Counted from the first letter of the stretch, positions 32,592 through 43,013 are shown. The stretch is 64,000 bases of DNA from an uncultured Poribacteria bacterium (GCA_951813565.1 OX638351.1:96001-160000), one strand, 5' to 3'. A program made the numbers and translations. The notes: generated from the sequence alone by a model not told the origin.

Positions 32592-33062
32592 TTACCATCT
32601 ATAGTGTGCAAAGGCTCTATTGGCTTCTGCCATTCGGTGTTGTTCCTGTTTTTTACGAATTGCGTCACCTTCATTCTGCGATGCATCCAAAAGTTCACCT
32701 GCCAACCGCGCAGACATACCTTTTTCGCCTCGGTTTCTCGCTGATTGGATAATCCAGTTAATTGCTAATGTTGTACGTCTGTCAGTTTTTACATCAACCG
32801 GCACTTGATACGTTTGGCTTCCAACACGCCGTGGACGGATTTCCAGAACAGGTTTTACGTTATTAATAGCTGTGCGAAACACGGAAAAGCCTTCCTCTTG
32901 CGTTCGATCTTCAATAATCTTAAAACTTGAGTACACAATCTGCTGTGCCGTGCCTTTTTTCCCATCCCACATGAGATGGTTAATAAACTTTGAAACTAAT
33001 TTGCTATTGTGAATAGCATCGGGACTTACTTCCCTTTTTGTGACGTTTCCACGTCTCGGCAT
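32592..33062 (-). CDS. rpsG: 30S ribosomal protein S7
   Basis: MPRRG...MAEANRAFAHYRW. Confidence 0.98.
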   Translation of the reverse strand: MPRRGNVTKREVSPDAIHNSKLVSKFINHLMWDGKKGTAQQIVYSSFKIIEDRTQEEGFSVFRTAINNVKPVLEIRPRRVGSQTYQVPVDVKTDRRTTLAINWIIQSARNRGEKGMSARLAGELLDASQNEGDAIRKKQEQHRMAEANRAFAHYRW

Positions 33063-33164
33063 GTATCATTCCTCCAGAGAATTACGAGTATAACTTGCTC
33101 TCTTACCGATATTACAACCTATCGTATTTTCTTGGACAGCGATGAAATTTATATTGCCAGCCAA

Positions 33165-33539
33165 TTAACTGGGTTTCCGCGCCCCATATTTAGAACGACC
33201 TTGGCGACGATTTTCAACACCAGCTGTATCTAATTTACCACGAACAATATGGTACCGCACATTCGATAAATCTTTGACCCGGCCTCCACGGACTAACACA
33301 ACGGAGTGCTCCTGCAGATTGTGGTCAATACCTGGAATATAGCAGGTCGCTTCATCAGCAGAAGAAGTAAACCTAACACGGGCTACCTTTCGCAAAGCTG
33401 AATTCGGTTTGTTTGGTGTTACCGTTTTCACCTGTAAACAGATACCTCTACGTTGTGGGCACTGCTGCAGGATCGGCGATTTCGTTTTTTTACGATATTT
33501 TTTGCGCGGTTTTTTGATTAATTGATTAATCGTTGGCAT
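33165..33539 (-). CDS. rpsL: 30S ribosomal protein S12
   Basis: [31 protein letters not shown]. Confidence 0.98.
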   Translation of the reverse strand: MPTINQLIKKPRKKYRKKTKSPILQQCPQRRGICLQVKTVTPNKPNSALRKVARVRFTSSADEATCYIPGIDHNLQEHSVVLVRGGRVKDLSNVRYHIVRGKLDTAGVENRRQGRSKYGARKPS

Positions 33540-33713
33540 CTCTACACCTCACTGACATACGATAACCTATAGACAAAAGAAAAAGCCCTCACAGGGCTCT
33601 TAACTCAACTGAACACATTAACGTTGCTGTGAAAAACGACGTTAGACTGCTTCCAAATCGAATGCCCCCTATGTTTCTCTCTAAACAAATTTATTACAAC
33701 ACTCAAAACTTTA

Positions 33714-33742
33714 ATTATAATCTGATTTCTGTCTTTTGTCAA
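33714..33742 (-). promoter_or_regulatory. Consensus sigma70 promoter of the str operon
   Basis: Perfect TTGACA-17 bp-TATAAT about 175 nt upstream of rpsL. Confidence 0.8.
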
Positions 33743-33990
33743 GTTAATTTAGAAAAATTATGAAAATTATTAGATATTTATTGTAAAATTGTTACTTTTT
33801 TATGATTTATACGCAAATTTTAAAAATTCTATACGCTTTTTATGGATAGGTTATGAAATCTGCATAATTTACGGATTGCCAAAATGCTTTAATAAAACTG
33901 CATCCTACTACCATGGAGGACGACCTCTTTTCCTACTTCATTGTAGCGACAATGATACACGAGGCTATACCAATACAAATGAGCAACTTA

Positions 33991-34078
33991 TACCAAATTA
34001 CCCTAAATCGTAGGGGCGGGCTCTGTGCCCGCCCTTACCATCGGCAGTGAAAACAATACAATTCTCGTTAATTTGGTA
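33991..34078. mobile_element. 88-bp MITE with TTA duplication carrying a REP
   Basis: TIR TACCAAATTA / TAATTTGGTA, TSD TTA; internal GTAGGGGCGGGCTCTGTGCCCGCCC. Confidence 0.7.
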
Positions 34079-34194
34079 TTATTCGCATGTGGATAGTATC
34101 TGCCTCAGTTATGCGAAAAAAGAATAGGCAGGTATCGCAATAGATACCTGCCAGTATGAATAGACAACGTGAAACGCCCTATTGATGCGGATTA

Positions 34195-35439
34195 TTAAGG
34201 TGCGCAGCAACACCAGCGATGACCACACATACCTATCTCAAACTCACCTGATCCCGCCGAGCACCAGCCAGTGTCTGTGCAATAGTCATATTCCGCATTG
34301 TAATCGCACCCATAAGAACTACTATAACCCGTGTTCGTGCTCGTAACAGACGTTGACGGAGGTGTTGAGGACGTTTCGGCTCCTTCCGGGGCACAGCAAC
34401 ACCAACGATGACCACACATACCAATCCCGAACTCACCTGATCGCGTCGAGCACGTGCCAGTGTCTGTGCAATAGTCATATTCCGCATTGTAATCACACCC
34501 ATAAGAACTACTATAACCCGTGTTTGTGCTGGTTACAGAGGTTGAGGATGTTGTGGTAGAACTACTGCTATCAGAGACAGATACGGTATAGGTTTCCTCA
34601 TAGCTCGACATATCTGAAAGTCGGTAAATGACTGCTGTTATCAGATAATCTCCGTAATACATGGATCCACCTGGAATCGTGTAGGAAAAACTCGCTTCCG
34701 TTGACGTTCCGTCGCCATAGTCATATTCTTCATAAGTGCCGCGTTCACTTGTATCCCAAGGTGCCTTTACATACCAATCTATACTGTAGTAAGATTCATC
34801 TGTGATAAGATTCAGTGTGACACTGTCGCCAGGTTGGGGCGTTTGATTTGGATCAGTTGGGGAAATACCGAGTTTGGGAGGTTGATTCGGTCTGCCATCA
34901 GGATTATCTCTCCAGGGGATAAAACTAGTTGCCCATGCGTCTGGTCCCCTACTCCCACTCCCATTTTTCTTATAGGCAGTTATAGTTCCACTAGTCCTAC
35001 TCTCATGTATAGATATTCGACAATCAAAATTACCCTGGACCTCACTTGATACAGAAGCCGTAGAAACAAAACGACCATCAAAATCGCCATTACTATCTGG
35101 TACTATTATTATTTTTTCAGGGGTATCTGCTTCAACTGCATAAGTTCCTTTGTATTCATTACTAAAGCACCGTACCCATGAATTGGCTAGCCTTTTATGA
35201 ACACCGTTATCCATATTCCTGGCTCCTGTCTGAGACGTTGAGGAAACGATCTTTGGGTTATCATCATTAACATCAGAACTAACAGGATCCTGGTCACGGG
35301 CATCTATCAAAGCATCGTCGTAAGTCTCTATACTGAAACCCGCATACTCCCGATTTCCATGTGTGACAGGATCCTGTGCAAAAGCCGAACAACTTATCAT
35401 TACGAAAACGACTAAGCAGGTTAAAATTTGCTTCATCAT
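34195..35439 (-). CDS. Secreted protein with a probable Ig-like domain and two C-terminal Cys-rich repeats
   Basis: Signal peptide (AFA-Q); Ser/Thr linker; duplicated 51-aa 7-Cys module. Confidence 0.75.
   Translation of the reverse strand: MMKQILTCLVVFVMISCSAFAQDPVTHGNREYAGFSIETYDDALIDARDQDPVSSDVNDDNPKIVSSTSQTGARNMDNGVHKRLANSWVRCFSNEYKGTYAVEADTPEKIIIVPDSNGDFDGRFVSTASVSSEVQGNFDCRISIHESRTSGTITAYKKNGSGSRGPDAWATSFIPWRDNPDGRPNQPPKLGISPTDPNQTPQPGDSVTLNLITDESYYSIDWYVKAPWDTSERGTYEEYDYGDGTSTEASFSYTIPGGSMYYGDYLITAVIYRLSDMSSYEETYTVSVSDSSSSTTTSSTSVTSTNTGYSSSYGCDYNAEYDYCTDTGTCSTRSGEFGIGMCGHRWCCCAPEGAETSSTPPSTSVTSTNTGYSSSYGCDYNAEYDYCTDTGWCSAGSGEFEIGMCGHRWCCCAP
34198..34539 (-). repeat. Intragenic direct repeat, 2 x 153 bp (period 189 bp)
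   Basis: 34198-34350 and 34387-34539 encode SVTSTNTG...CGHRWCCCAP. Confidence 0.9.
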
Positions 35440-35452
35440 AAGAATTAACTCC

Positions 35453-36175
35453 TTAAAGGTTAAGAAATTTATACGGGTCTATACCCGCATTATCATAATC
35501 AATAACTGTAAGGTCCGTAGGTATCGTGCCAGACTCGCTTATTTGATCAGCAACATCATAAGATAGATCCTCCGGATGTCCTATAATTCCACTTATGTAT
35601 TTGCCATTATCGCTCCACTTGACATAAACTGTACCACGCATAATAGGATACAATAACCCGTTTTCTTGAACAATGCCATCAGTACGTTGACCTTCTTCCC
35701 ATAATTTGATTCGGACACGTGTCATTAATTCGTAAATAGGTCGATCGTCTTCATAGCTAGACCAGTTGACATCTGTGGGGTAATCCTCTGGCACTTCTGG
35801 ATAAGGTCCGAAGCCATGAGGAGAAACACGCACCTTTTCATCGGTCTCCTGTGTCTGCTGTGTCAGGGTAGCAGAGGACTCGTTGGGGGAAGTGTTTTTC
35901 TCCACACCTTCAGCGGTTACTTCTATTATAGGTTTCTCTGCGGTTGGCGTTGTGCTTTCCGCAGACGCTAAATCGGCTGCTTGTTCCATTTCGCTGTCCG
36001 TATCAGAGGTCTTTTTGGCTGCCTCCGATTGACGCAGTAGTTCTTCAGCCTCAGCAGCCGCCTTTCTATCATCTGCTGTATCGTGCTGATACCACAACAC
36101 ACACGCAACAGTTAGCACTATCAGAAAGCCAATACCACCGAGAACCCATTTATTGATAAGTATATCGCGATACAT
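35453..36175 (-). CDS. N-terminally anchored hypothetical protein
   Basis: TM anchor, acidic linker, VSPHGFGPYPEVP...GIDPY domain; SD AGGAGG. Confidence 0.75.
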   Translation of the reverse strand: MYRDILINKWVLGGIGFLIVLTVACVLWYQHDTADDRKAAAEAEELLRQSEAAKKTSDTDSEMEQAADLASAESTTPTAEKPIIEVTAEGVEKNTSPNESSATLTQQTQETDEKVRVSPHGFGPYPEVPEDYPTDVNWSSYEDDRPIYELMTRVRIKLWEEGQRTDGIVQENGLLYPIMRGTVYVKWSDNGKYISGIIGHPEDLSYDVADQISESGTIPTDLTVIDYDNAGIDPYKFLNL

Positions 36176-36225
36176 GTGTATCCTCCTTTGTCAGAAATAG
36201 ATATGATGCGGGTATCGCGTATCAG

Positions 36226-37026
36226 CTATTCCTTACTTCGCTTCTTGTTGAACATACGCATCACCTCGCGCGCAAGAGGTGGATCACTTTGCTGAAGAAG
36301 TCTCATACCTTTACTTTGCTTGTGCTGTTCCATCAGTTCAAAAGCACGGGTGATACGTTCGGGATGAAACGTCGTCTTTTGACCAAGCAGATGCGATTCT
36401 AACTCTTTCGCGAGAAAGTTGTTCGTTGTAATCGGCGTGTCCCTCATAATTGCACCCGCCCACTTAAGAAAACCTTCTAATTCTTCATACGATGCCGCTT
36501 TATCACGAGTAAAACGCGACATCCGTTGCTGCTGTATTAGTGGGCTACCAGACTCTATCGCTGTTATATGGGCAGAATAGTCATTGTGTTTGACAGCTTC
36601 AACGGGTGGAGTGTCCGCATCAGGACTTGGGCAACAAGAAAGACATTGCTCAGTAAGTGCTTGCCCTTTTTTCAGATGAACCCACGCCGTTTTGTAGTCG
36701 CCTAACCGCTGATATGCAAAGCCTAAAACGCCATGTAAACGCGCACCATCTGCATGTAAACGCGCACCATCTGTTTGAGGACTATTACGCAGCTCCTTCA
36801 ACGCATAACCGATCGCTTCTTCTGGAGAGTCATACCAATTTAAATTCGCTAATTCACCAGGAAGCGGTGGTTTGGCAGTATCGGGTGTCTGTTCCGCAAT
36901 ATCAGGTGTGATTGGACCTGCTTCTGCTGTCTGTTGTTGCCCACGTTGGATAACAATGATGCTCCCAACGACCAGACAAATAACGATCCCAACTACCCAA
37001 TACCAGTTGTTTTTAAAAAGCTTCAT
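36226..37026 (-). CDS. Membrane-anchored protein with a TPR-like segment
   Basis: N-terminal TM; HGVLGFAYQRLGDYKTA; in-frame 21-bp tandem repeat 36732-36773. Confidence 0.65.
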   Translation of the reverse strand: MKLFKNNWYWVVGIVICLVVGSIIVIQRGQQQTAEAGPITPDIAEQTPDTAKPPLPGELANLNWYDSPEEAIGYALKELRNSPQTDGARLHADGARLHGVLGFAYQRLGDYKTAWVHLKKGQALTEQCLSCCPSPDADTPPVEAVKHNDYSAHITAIESGSPLIQQQRMSRFTRDKAASYEELEGFLKWAGAIMRDTPITTNNFLAKELESHLLGQKTTFHPERITRAFELMEQHKQSKGMRLLQQSDPPLAREVMRMFNKKRSKE

Positions 37027-37038
37027 GTCAGTCCTCCC

Positions 37039-37260
37039 TTATTTTGCTGCGTCCATCGGACAGCGGGGGATTGGATTTAGGTTTGGGCAAATCGGTCTTT
37101 CTTGTCCAATCTTATTACAGTCATGTCTTGTCTGTTCTATACAGGTGGGAACTTCCGTCTGTGTGGCATCAATTATTGTGATTGTGCTAAAGAGCAGTCC
37201 TCCACCAATGAAAACAATAAATGCTGTGGTGAACCCTACTTTTAAAAGTTTCGTTTTCAC
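37039..37260 (-). CDS. Small secreted 4-Cys peptide (73 aa)
   Basis: GTG start after GGAGGAG; signal-like N-terminus; four Cys in the mature part. Confidence 0.55.
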   Translation of the reverse strand: MKTKLLKVGFTTAFIVFIGGGLLFSTITIIDATQTEVPTCIEQTRHDCNKIGQERPICPNLNPIPRCPMDAAK

Positions 37261-37491
37261 AATTATATCTCCTCCGTTAAAATTTTTCAAGGACAACAGA
37301 ACAGTTGGATTATGCCAGGGTTGAAAGCTCCTCCAACAGATGGGAAACATTGGAGTACGTTCCAATGCAACAACAAAAGCCCGCAACGAGACACTCCATG
37401 CAAGACGAAGCGAGTGTGCGGGCGCGAAGATAAAATAGATTTAATTTCTGTGATACTGCTTTGTGATGTGAGAAATTAACGAACGTGAAAT

Positions 37492-37526
<35 letters not shown>

Positions 37527-38040
37527 AACTTGCAGTTAAAAACTGTTAAAACACCAAATATTCCGCGTGGGCAAATTCTGCTTGAGAAACATGTATCTGC
37601 CATGATCGTTTTCTGGATTGCGGTATTGATATGTCGGTACTTCATTGTTAACTACCCTTGTACAAAATATGGTTGGTGGTCATGCAAACTTTACTATTAC
37701 AAATTTGTTTACACGCGTATGGTCACCATATTTACTGCCTTTAACGAAGACATGAGACATCAGGTTACAAAAAATTGTAGTTTTTTCTAAAAATTCTTAA
37801 ATAAAATAATTTTAAATATTTCGCAGAGGCATTCAATTTTCGATTTTTTGTGTGCTATATACCAAATTAACGGGATTTATCTTATTTTAACGTGAGTTTG
37901 ATAAATAGTTATACCAATTCTATGAATTATTTTCTCTCTTAAAAAGAAATAGACACTATGACGTTTTAATTGTGATTTATTATTGGTCTTTCACAAAATT
38001 TAAAGTTCGAAGGATGGGCAGATTAGGCACCGTGCGCAAC

Positions 38041-38520
38041 GTTCTGAATCGCGGATTATCGCGGATTATCGCCAAATCAAGAAATCAACGGTATGAATGA
38101 CATTTAGTCATTCCCCGGGTATGAATGCCATTAAGGCATTCCCCGGATTACACTGATTTCGCGGATTTTAAGAGCCTCGTATCGGTACATCCAACCGACA
38201 CATATACGCCTTCTGTTGTCGAAGTCACATGAAAAACGACTCGTTGTCTTCAGTGCCAATATGCTGGGTAATGCCTAAAGACGAATGCACCAAATCAAGA
38301 AATCAACGGTATGAATCATGGCATTCACCATGATTCATACCGTTGATTTGGTAAATTCTGGTTCAGACATTAGTCCAATCAAGTAATATCGGGCTTACAA
38401 AGCCCTCCCACAAGAGATAATCCAACCATTTTTTCTCAAAATTGACACCTATGGGGCTATAAACCCTCCCACAAGAGTATGCCGAGCATTTGTGCCTCCA
38501 ATTCGACTTATGGGTAATAG
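38041..38520. repeat. Mosaic of REP, MITE-end and 35-bp hairpin units
   Basis: Nested AAATCAAC-hairpin units at 38074-38145 and 38292-38349; GTGG-REP halves; ATTGACACCTATGG end. Confidence 0.75.
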
Positions 38521-38613
38521 CAAGCATACAGCGGAGGGGCATTGAGGAGAAGGTAGCAACTACCAGAGAATTGAATGGTTCTGAAGCATTTCATTTCATG
38601 CGTTTACATATTT

Positions 38614-39843
38614 TTACGATTTAATTACTTTTCCGCGAACAATTACGTTTTTAACATGAAAATTTTCGTCAATTATAACTATATCCGCAGCTTTTCCTGA
38701 TGCGATTGAACCTACGCGATCATCTACACCTAAATTTTGAGCGGGTGTTAATGTCGCCATCGTCAAAGTATCTTCTAAAGAAAATCCCCACTTCACAACG
38801 TTACGGATACCGTCCATAAGGGTAATGATTGCACCTGCAAGCCTTTCGGTAGGTTTACCGACATCTAACCACATTGCACCGTCTTTTATGTATTTAAGGG
38901 TATCCGAATCTGCTGCTTTGAGAAGGTAAGCGTCGGGTTCTGCTTCGTAGACAGCATCTTTCTGCCACTCTTCTGCAGAAAGTCCTGCATGTTCAGTGCA
39001 ATCTGTGATTATTCCAACACCTGAAATCCCCTTATGTTGAATTAGGTGCTTGCCCCAAAAAGGGTGAACGTGATGTTCGTCAACAATCAATTCGGCATGG
39101 ACATTGGGGTGATCGAAAACTGCCTCAAGTGCGCCGATGTCACGGCGGTGCAGTCCGCTCATGCCGTTGTAGGTGTGCGTGGCACGGGTTACGCCAGCAT
39201 CAATGGCGTCCATCGCTTGTTGATACGTTGCATTTGTGTGCCCCATTGCGATAACGATGTCGTTATAGGCATCTGCCTTATACTCAGCGAGATGTTTAAT
39301 AAACTGTAAGCCTTCATCGTTTTCTGGGGCGACAGAAATCACTTTTAAGGTGCCATCAGAGGCTGCCCACATTGCGTGGAATTCTTGAAAGTTCGGAGGG
39401 GTAATGTACTTGGCGTTTTGTGCGCCATTTTTTGCGAGACTGCCGAATTTGCCCTCAACATACGACCCTATAATCTGTGCACCATCTTCTACTGGTTGGT
39501 CAGCGACATGCGCAATTGCTGTTAGCGATGCGTTTATTTGCTCCATACTCCCAGAGGAGATGCCCACTACTAACGACGTAACACCGTTAACAGCATGTGC
39601 CCGCGCGATCGTTTCAATGTCTTCAACTTTACCAGTCATGCTGTCGTAGCCGCCACCACCGTGGATCAATCCATCAATCAGTCCGGGAATGACAAGACAC
39701 CCTGCAGCATCAATGACCTCATCTGACGGTGGAAGTTGCTCTTTTGTTATTGCTGAAATTGTATCACCGTGAATGACGAGATTACCCGGACCGTAATGTG
39801 TCGGGGTATAGATGTCGCCATTCACAATTGTCAGTGTTTCCAT
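38614..39843 (-). CDS. nagA: N-acetylglucosamine-6-phosphate deacetylase
   Basis: PGLIDGLIHGGGG, SVAPE, GHTNA, THTYNGM, LAGA, ATLTPA. Confidence 0.85.
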   Translation of the reverse strand: METLTIVNGDIYTPTHYGPGNLVIHGDTISAITKEQLPPSDEVIDAAGCLVIPGLIDGLIHGGGGYDSMTGKVEDIETIARAHAVNGVTSLVVGISSGSMEQINASLTAIAHVADQPVEDGAQIIGSYVEGKFGSLAKNGAQNAKYITPPNFQEFHAMWAASDGTLKVISVAPENDEGLQFIKHLAEYKADAYNDIVIAMGHTNATYQQAMDAIDAGVTRATHTYNGMSGLHRRDIGALEAVFDHPNVHAELIVDEHHVHPFWGKHLIQHKGISGVGIITDCTEHAGLSAEEWQKDAVYEAEPDAYLLKAADSDTLKYIKDGAMWLDVGKPTERLAGAIITLMDGIRNVVKWGFSLEDTLTMATLTPAQNLGVDDRVGSIASGKAADIVIIDENFHVKNVIVRGKVIKS

Positions 39844-39959
39844 ATCTCAAAATACCTTGCGAATCACAAGAGTGCAGTACGTGGTGAATCAACACCGAAT
39901 GCGTCTATGATGTTTGCCCTCTTCTTTGATTTTTTGAATCTCGGATTTGCATGGATTAC

Positions 39960-40165
39960 GATGTCGCGACCAGGAGTCGCTCCTACAAGAAGAAAATCGG
40001 GCGGACAAGGTTTCCCTCCCACAAGAGGATATATCCTTAAGTTGACACCCGCCAAATGCCAAAAAGCGCATTTGGCGTTGATTTGGCAGCATGCCATACG
40101 GGGAATGCCAACAGGCATTCATACCGTTGATTTATAGGTTTCGCTTGCGCTCTACCCAACCTACA
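39960..40165. repeat. REP/MITE mosaic with three stacked hairpin units (40050-40133)
   Basis: Reverse GTAG/GTGG REPs; TTAAGTTGACACC..TATAGG end interrupted by inserts. Confidence 0.75.
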
Positions 40166-40192
40166 GATTATAGGTTCAGGTGTTTACCTTTT

Positions 40193-40825
40193 CTAAATCT
40201 GTTTTGATACCCATAGAATGCTTTGTGCAAGAAATCGTAAAAACGGTTCTAACTCAAAATCTTTTTGATGTCCTAATGAAGTATAACAGATACGTCCACC
40301 ATTATGCAAACGTGTCCATGCCACAGGTTCTGAATGTTCGTCTGTATGTCCCATCATCAGAACAGAAGTATCGTCACGAAGTGAAGGGTTTTTGTAAAGA
40401 CTCCCATAACTTTCAAATTCTGGAATGCTGTTGAGAATTGGATGTTCGGGTACTACGGTTTCTAATCGAACGGTAGGACCGTGTCCGTAATGTCCTTGAT
40501 AGTCTCCACCCAACACGACCTTATCAAATTCCAACCAGTTCTGATATGCATGGCTTGCAGTTCTAATGCCGACAAGCGGTCTGCCTTGCTCACAATATGC
40601 CTGAAATTGTCTGAGCGATTTCCCTTCTGTATTGAGGCGACGCGTAAATATTAACAAGGCATCTGCATCGTCTAATGCTGCTAAAGATGGATTATCGTCT
40701 TCTGATTCATAGACAATCAAATTTGCTTGAATCGGATAGTTTTTCTCAACGAATGTTTTGAAAATAGTTAACGATGTTTCGGAGGCGTATTCAAAAGAGC
40801 CGGAAAGCATGCATAAATTAAGCAC
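40193..40825 (-). CDS. ThuA-like (class I GATase-like) domain protein
   Basis: GIRTASHA, HPIL, EPVAWTR, YTSLGH. Confidence 0.8.
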   Translation of the reverse strand: MLNLCMLSGSFEYASETSLTIFKTFVEKNYPIQANLIVYESEDDNPSLAALDDADALLIFTRRLNTEGKSLRQFQAYCEQGRPLVGIRTASHAYQNWLEFDKVVLGGDYQGHYGHGPTVRLETVVPEHPILNSIPEFESYGSLYKNPSLRDDTSVLMMGHTDEHSEPVAWTRLHNGGRICYTSLGHQKDFELEPFLRFLAQSILWVSKQI

Positions 40826-40861
40826 AAATTCACTCCATAAGAAAATAAAGGTCAATCTATT

Positions 40862-41365
40862 CTACTTCTTTTCTAAAAACAGAAAACTATAGGGATACGG
40901 ATTTTTTTCATCCGCTTCACAGTCAGTCCGTTTCACTTCTTTCCACGCTGCCATATCGAATTCAGGAAAATAAACATCTCCCTCAAAGATAGCGTGAATC
41001 TGTGTGAGATAAAGCCGACTTGCATGTGATAAAAATGCTGCATAGATAGGCGCGCCACCGCAGATCATGAGTTCTGTTGACTCGTCATCATAAAGTTCAC
41101 CGACAGTCGTGATAATGCCTTCAACTGAATGTGCCACGATACAACCTTTGGGGGCTTCATAATCATGATTACGTGTGAGGATGATGTTTTGTCGTTTTGT
41201 TAACGGGCGTGGAAGCGTTTCAAAGGTTTTACGTCCCATCACAACAGGTTTACCAATTGTCATATCACGAAAATGTTGAAGGTCAGCAGGTAAACGCCAC
41301 GGGATGTGTGGTCCGTTGCCGATGAGTCGGTTCTTATCTATGGCAGCAATCATTGAGATTTGCAC
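40862..41365 (-). CDS. folA: Dihydrofolate reductase
   Basis: IPWRLPADL, VMGRKTF, ICGGAPIY, GDVYFP. Confidence 0.95.
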   Translation of the reverse strand: MQISMIAAIDKNRLIGNGPHIPWRLPADLQHFRDMTIGKPVVMGRKTFETLPRPLTKRQNIILTRNHDYEAPKGCIVAHSVEGIITTVGELYDDESTELMICGGAPIYAAFLSHASRLYLTQIHAIFEGDVYFPEFDMAAWKEVKRTDCEADEKNPYPYSFLFLEKK

Positions 41366-41405
41366 TGTTTTTTAGGACTCCTACGATTCACAATATGACT
41401 GTATT

Positions 41406-42152
41406 TCACTGAACCACTTTTTGTTTAGAGACTATCTTAAAATGCCATGTCCAGTCAATCTTTGAATTTGCTCTGCCACGATGTCTACCTATAAGCTTGA
41501 GCTCTTTATGCGGTTCTATAAATTTATGAATGGGTAAACTTCGTTTTTCTTTATTTTTACCAAATGCAAAATGCAAAATGCCATCAACGAACTTGAATGT
41601 GCCGCGTTGATCGTTTTTTTCATCTCCAAAATAATGCTGCTTTAGGTTGTGGGAAAGAAGATTGCCGAGAATGGTATTTTCGATTGTGAAATGGACGATA
41701 AGCCAATTACTGGTACGAAAAACAGCGAACACTTCGCGCGATTTAGAATTTTTAGAAATATTGGATTTCGCCAACGGTGGGGTGAACACATTTTGCGGAT
41801 CTTCTTTGGTAAAATGTAAAAGCACTAACCTATCTAACCTGTTTGTCCCTCTGAATTGGATGTTCTCATCAAGGTCGTGCAAACTAATTAACCCAAGGCC
41901 CAAATTGCGATATGAAAGTAGCAAACTCTGTTTTTCTATTCCTTTACCTCTATCAAACTCTATCGTCACTTGTTTGGGTTTGTTTTTGGGTTTAAGTTGC
42001 GCATTGACTATTTTCCAATTGTCTGGCATACGAACCCAAAGCGTACAGCATTCCTCGTTGCCAGTAGATCCAACATAACGGAGTTGTTGCTCAACTGTGC
42101 AACTCATACATAGCACTAAGAAACTCATGATGCAAACTATCTGGGTTTTCAT
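41406..42152 (-). CDS. Hypothetical lipoprotein
   Basis: Lipobox-like CMSC; motifs shared with the neighbouring gene. Confidence 0.65.
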   Translation of the reverse strand: MKTQIVCIMSFLVLCMSCTVEQQLRYVGSTGNEECCTLWVRMPDNWKIVNAQLKPKNKPKQVTIEFDRGKGIEKQSLLLSYRNLGLGLISLHDLDENIQFRGTNRLDRLVLLHFTKEDPQNVFTPPLAKSNISKNSKSREVFAVFRTSNWLIVHFTIENTILGNLLSHNLKQHYFGDEKNDQRGTFKFVDGILHFAFGKNKEKRSLPIHKFIEPHKELKLIGRHRGRANSKIDWTWHFKIVSKQKVVQ

Positions 42153-42190
42153 CTGGTGGTTCTCTGAGTTTTAGGTAGGAAGCGGAAACG

Positions 42191-43000
42191 TCAACGGTCT
42201 ATAATAAAGGGTTGGTTAGTTGGTCGGCTTCTCTGTGGGATAATCTTCACCGGTTCGTTTTTCTTTGGAACAACCTTCAAATATGCAATATGAATATCCT
42301 CACCTAATTCTTTCTTTTCCTCAACTTCTACTGTTTCATGAGGTTGAAGATCATCAAGCGGAAAACTCAACTTACGAATTAATTGATTTAGTTTATTGGA
42401 ATCCGCTTTGTACGTTTCTATATGAAGCATATTATCTTCAAAGTTATAAATTGTTGAAGTTTTGGATGTGCGTTTAACATCAAAATTTATCCAAAATAAT
42501 GAATTCTTCTTGGTCTTTTTTTCCACTTCTGGATAATAACTGTAAGCGGTGATTCTATCTCCAACCCGAAAGGCCCCAGAATTTGCAAAATGTCCAGCTT
42601 TCATTGTGATACCTTTTATCTCCCAACCACTCCAGTGAAAGGACGTTGATGTGTTTCTGGGTATAGGAGAAGATACTGTCAAATGGACAACACCGTATCT
42701 GTTTATCCTATTTGTGCCTTGAATTTCAAGTGTCTCATCGGGTTCAGTTATTGGAAACTTAAAAGCCTTATCCAGCGACGTTACACGATTCTCAGTCTTT
42801 TTACCGTTAGCAATTTCTACATGCAATTCTTTTTTATCCATTGTAGTATCAATAATTTTAGACTTGTTGTTCATAGCCAAAAAGACTAAAAGTGTATCGT
42901 TAATCCTATAGATTTTGTAACCAGGGGTAGGTTTTCCGCACCCACTTAGAACTATTGCGAGGCTTATAAAGAGGATTATCAGACCTTTTATTTTCGCCAT
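42191..43000 (-). CDS. Hypothetical lipoprotein
   Basis: MAKIKG...LSGC lipobox; start could be 43021. Confidence 0.7.
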   Translation of the reverse strand: MAKIKGLIILFISLAIVLSGCGKPTPGYKIYRINDTLLVFLAMNNKSKIIDTTMDKKELHVEIANGKKTENRVTSLDKAFKFPITEPDETLEIQGTNRINRYGVVHLTVSSPIPRNTSTSFHWSGWEIKGITMKAGHFANSGAFRVGDRITAYSYYPEVEKKTKKNSLFWINFDVKRTSKTSTIYNFEDNMLHIETYKADSNKLNQLIRKLSFPLDDLQPHETVEVEEKKELGEDIHIAYLKVVPKKNEPVKIIPQRSRPTNQPFIIDR

Positions 43001-43013
43001 TTCAATTGACCTC

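Noticed and set aside
39769..40137. ORFs over repeat mosaics (also 47418-47615, 53905-54534, 60456-60757, 63151-63360)
   Set aside because: Translations of REP/MITE DNA without coding features
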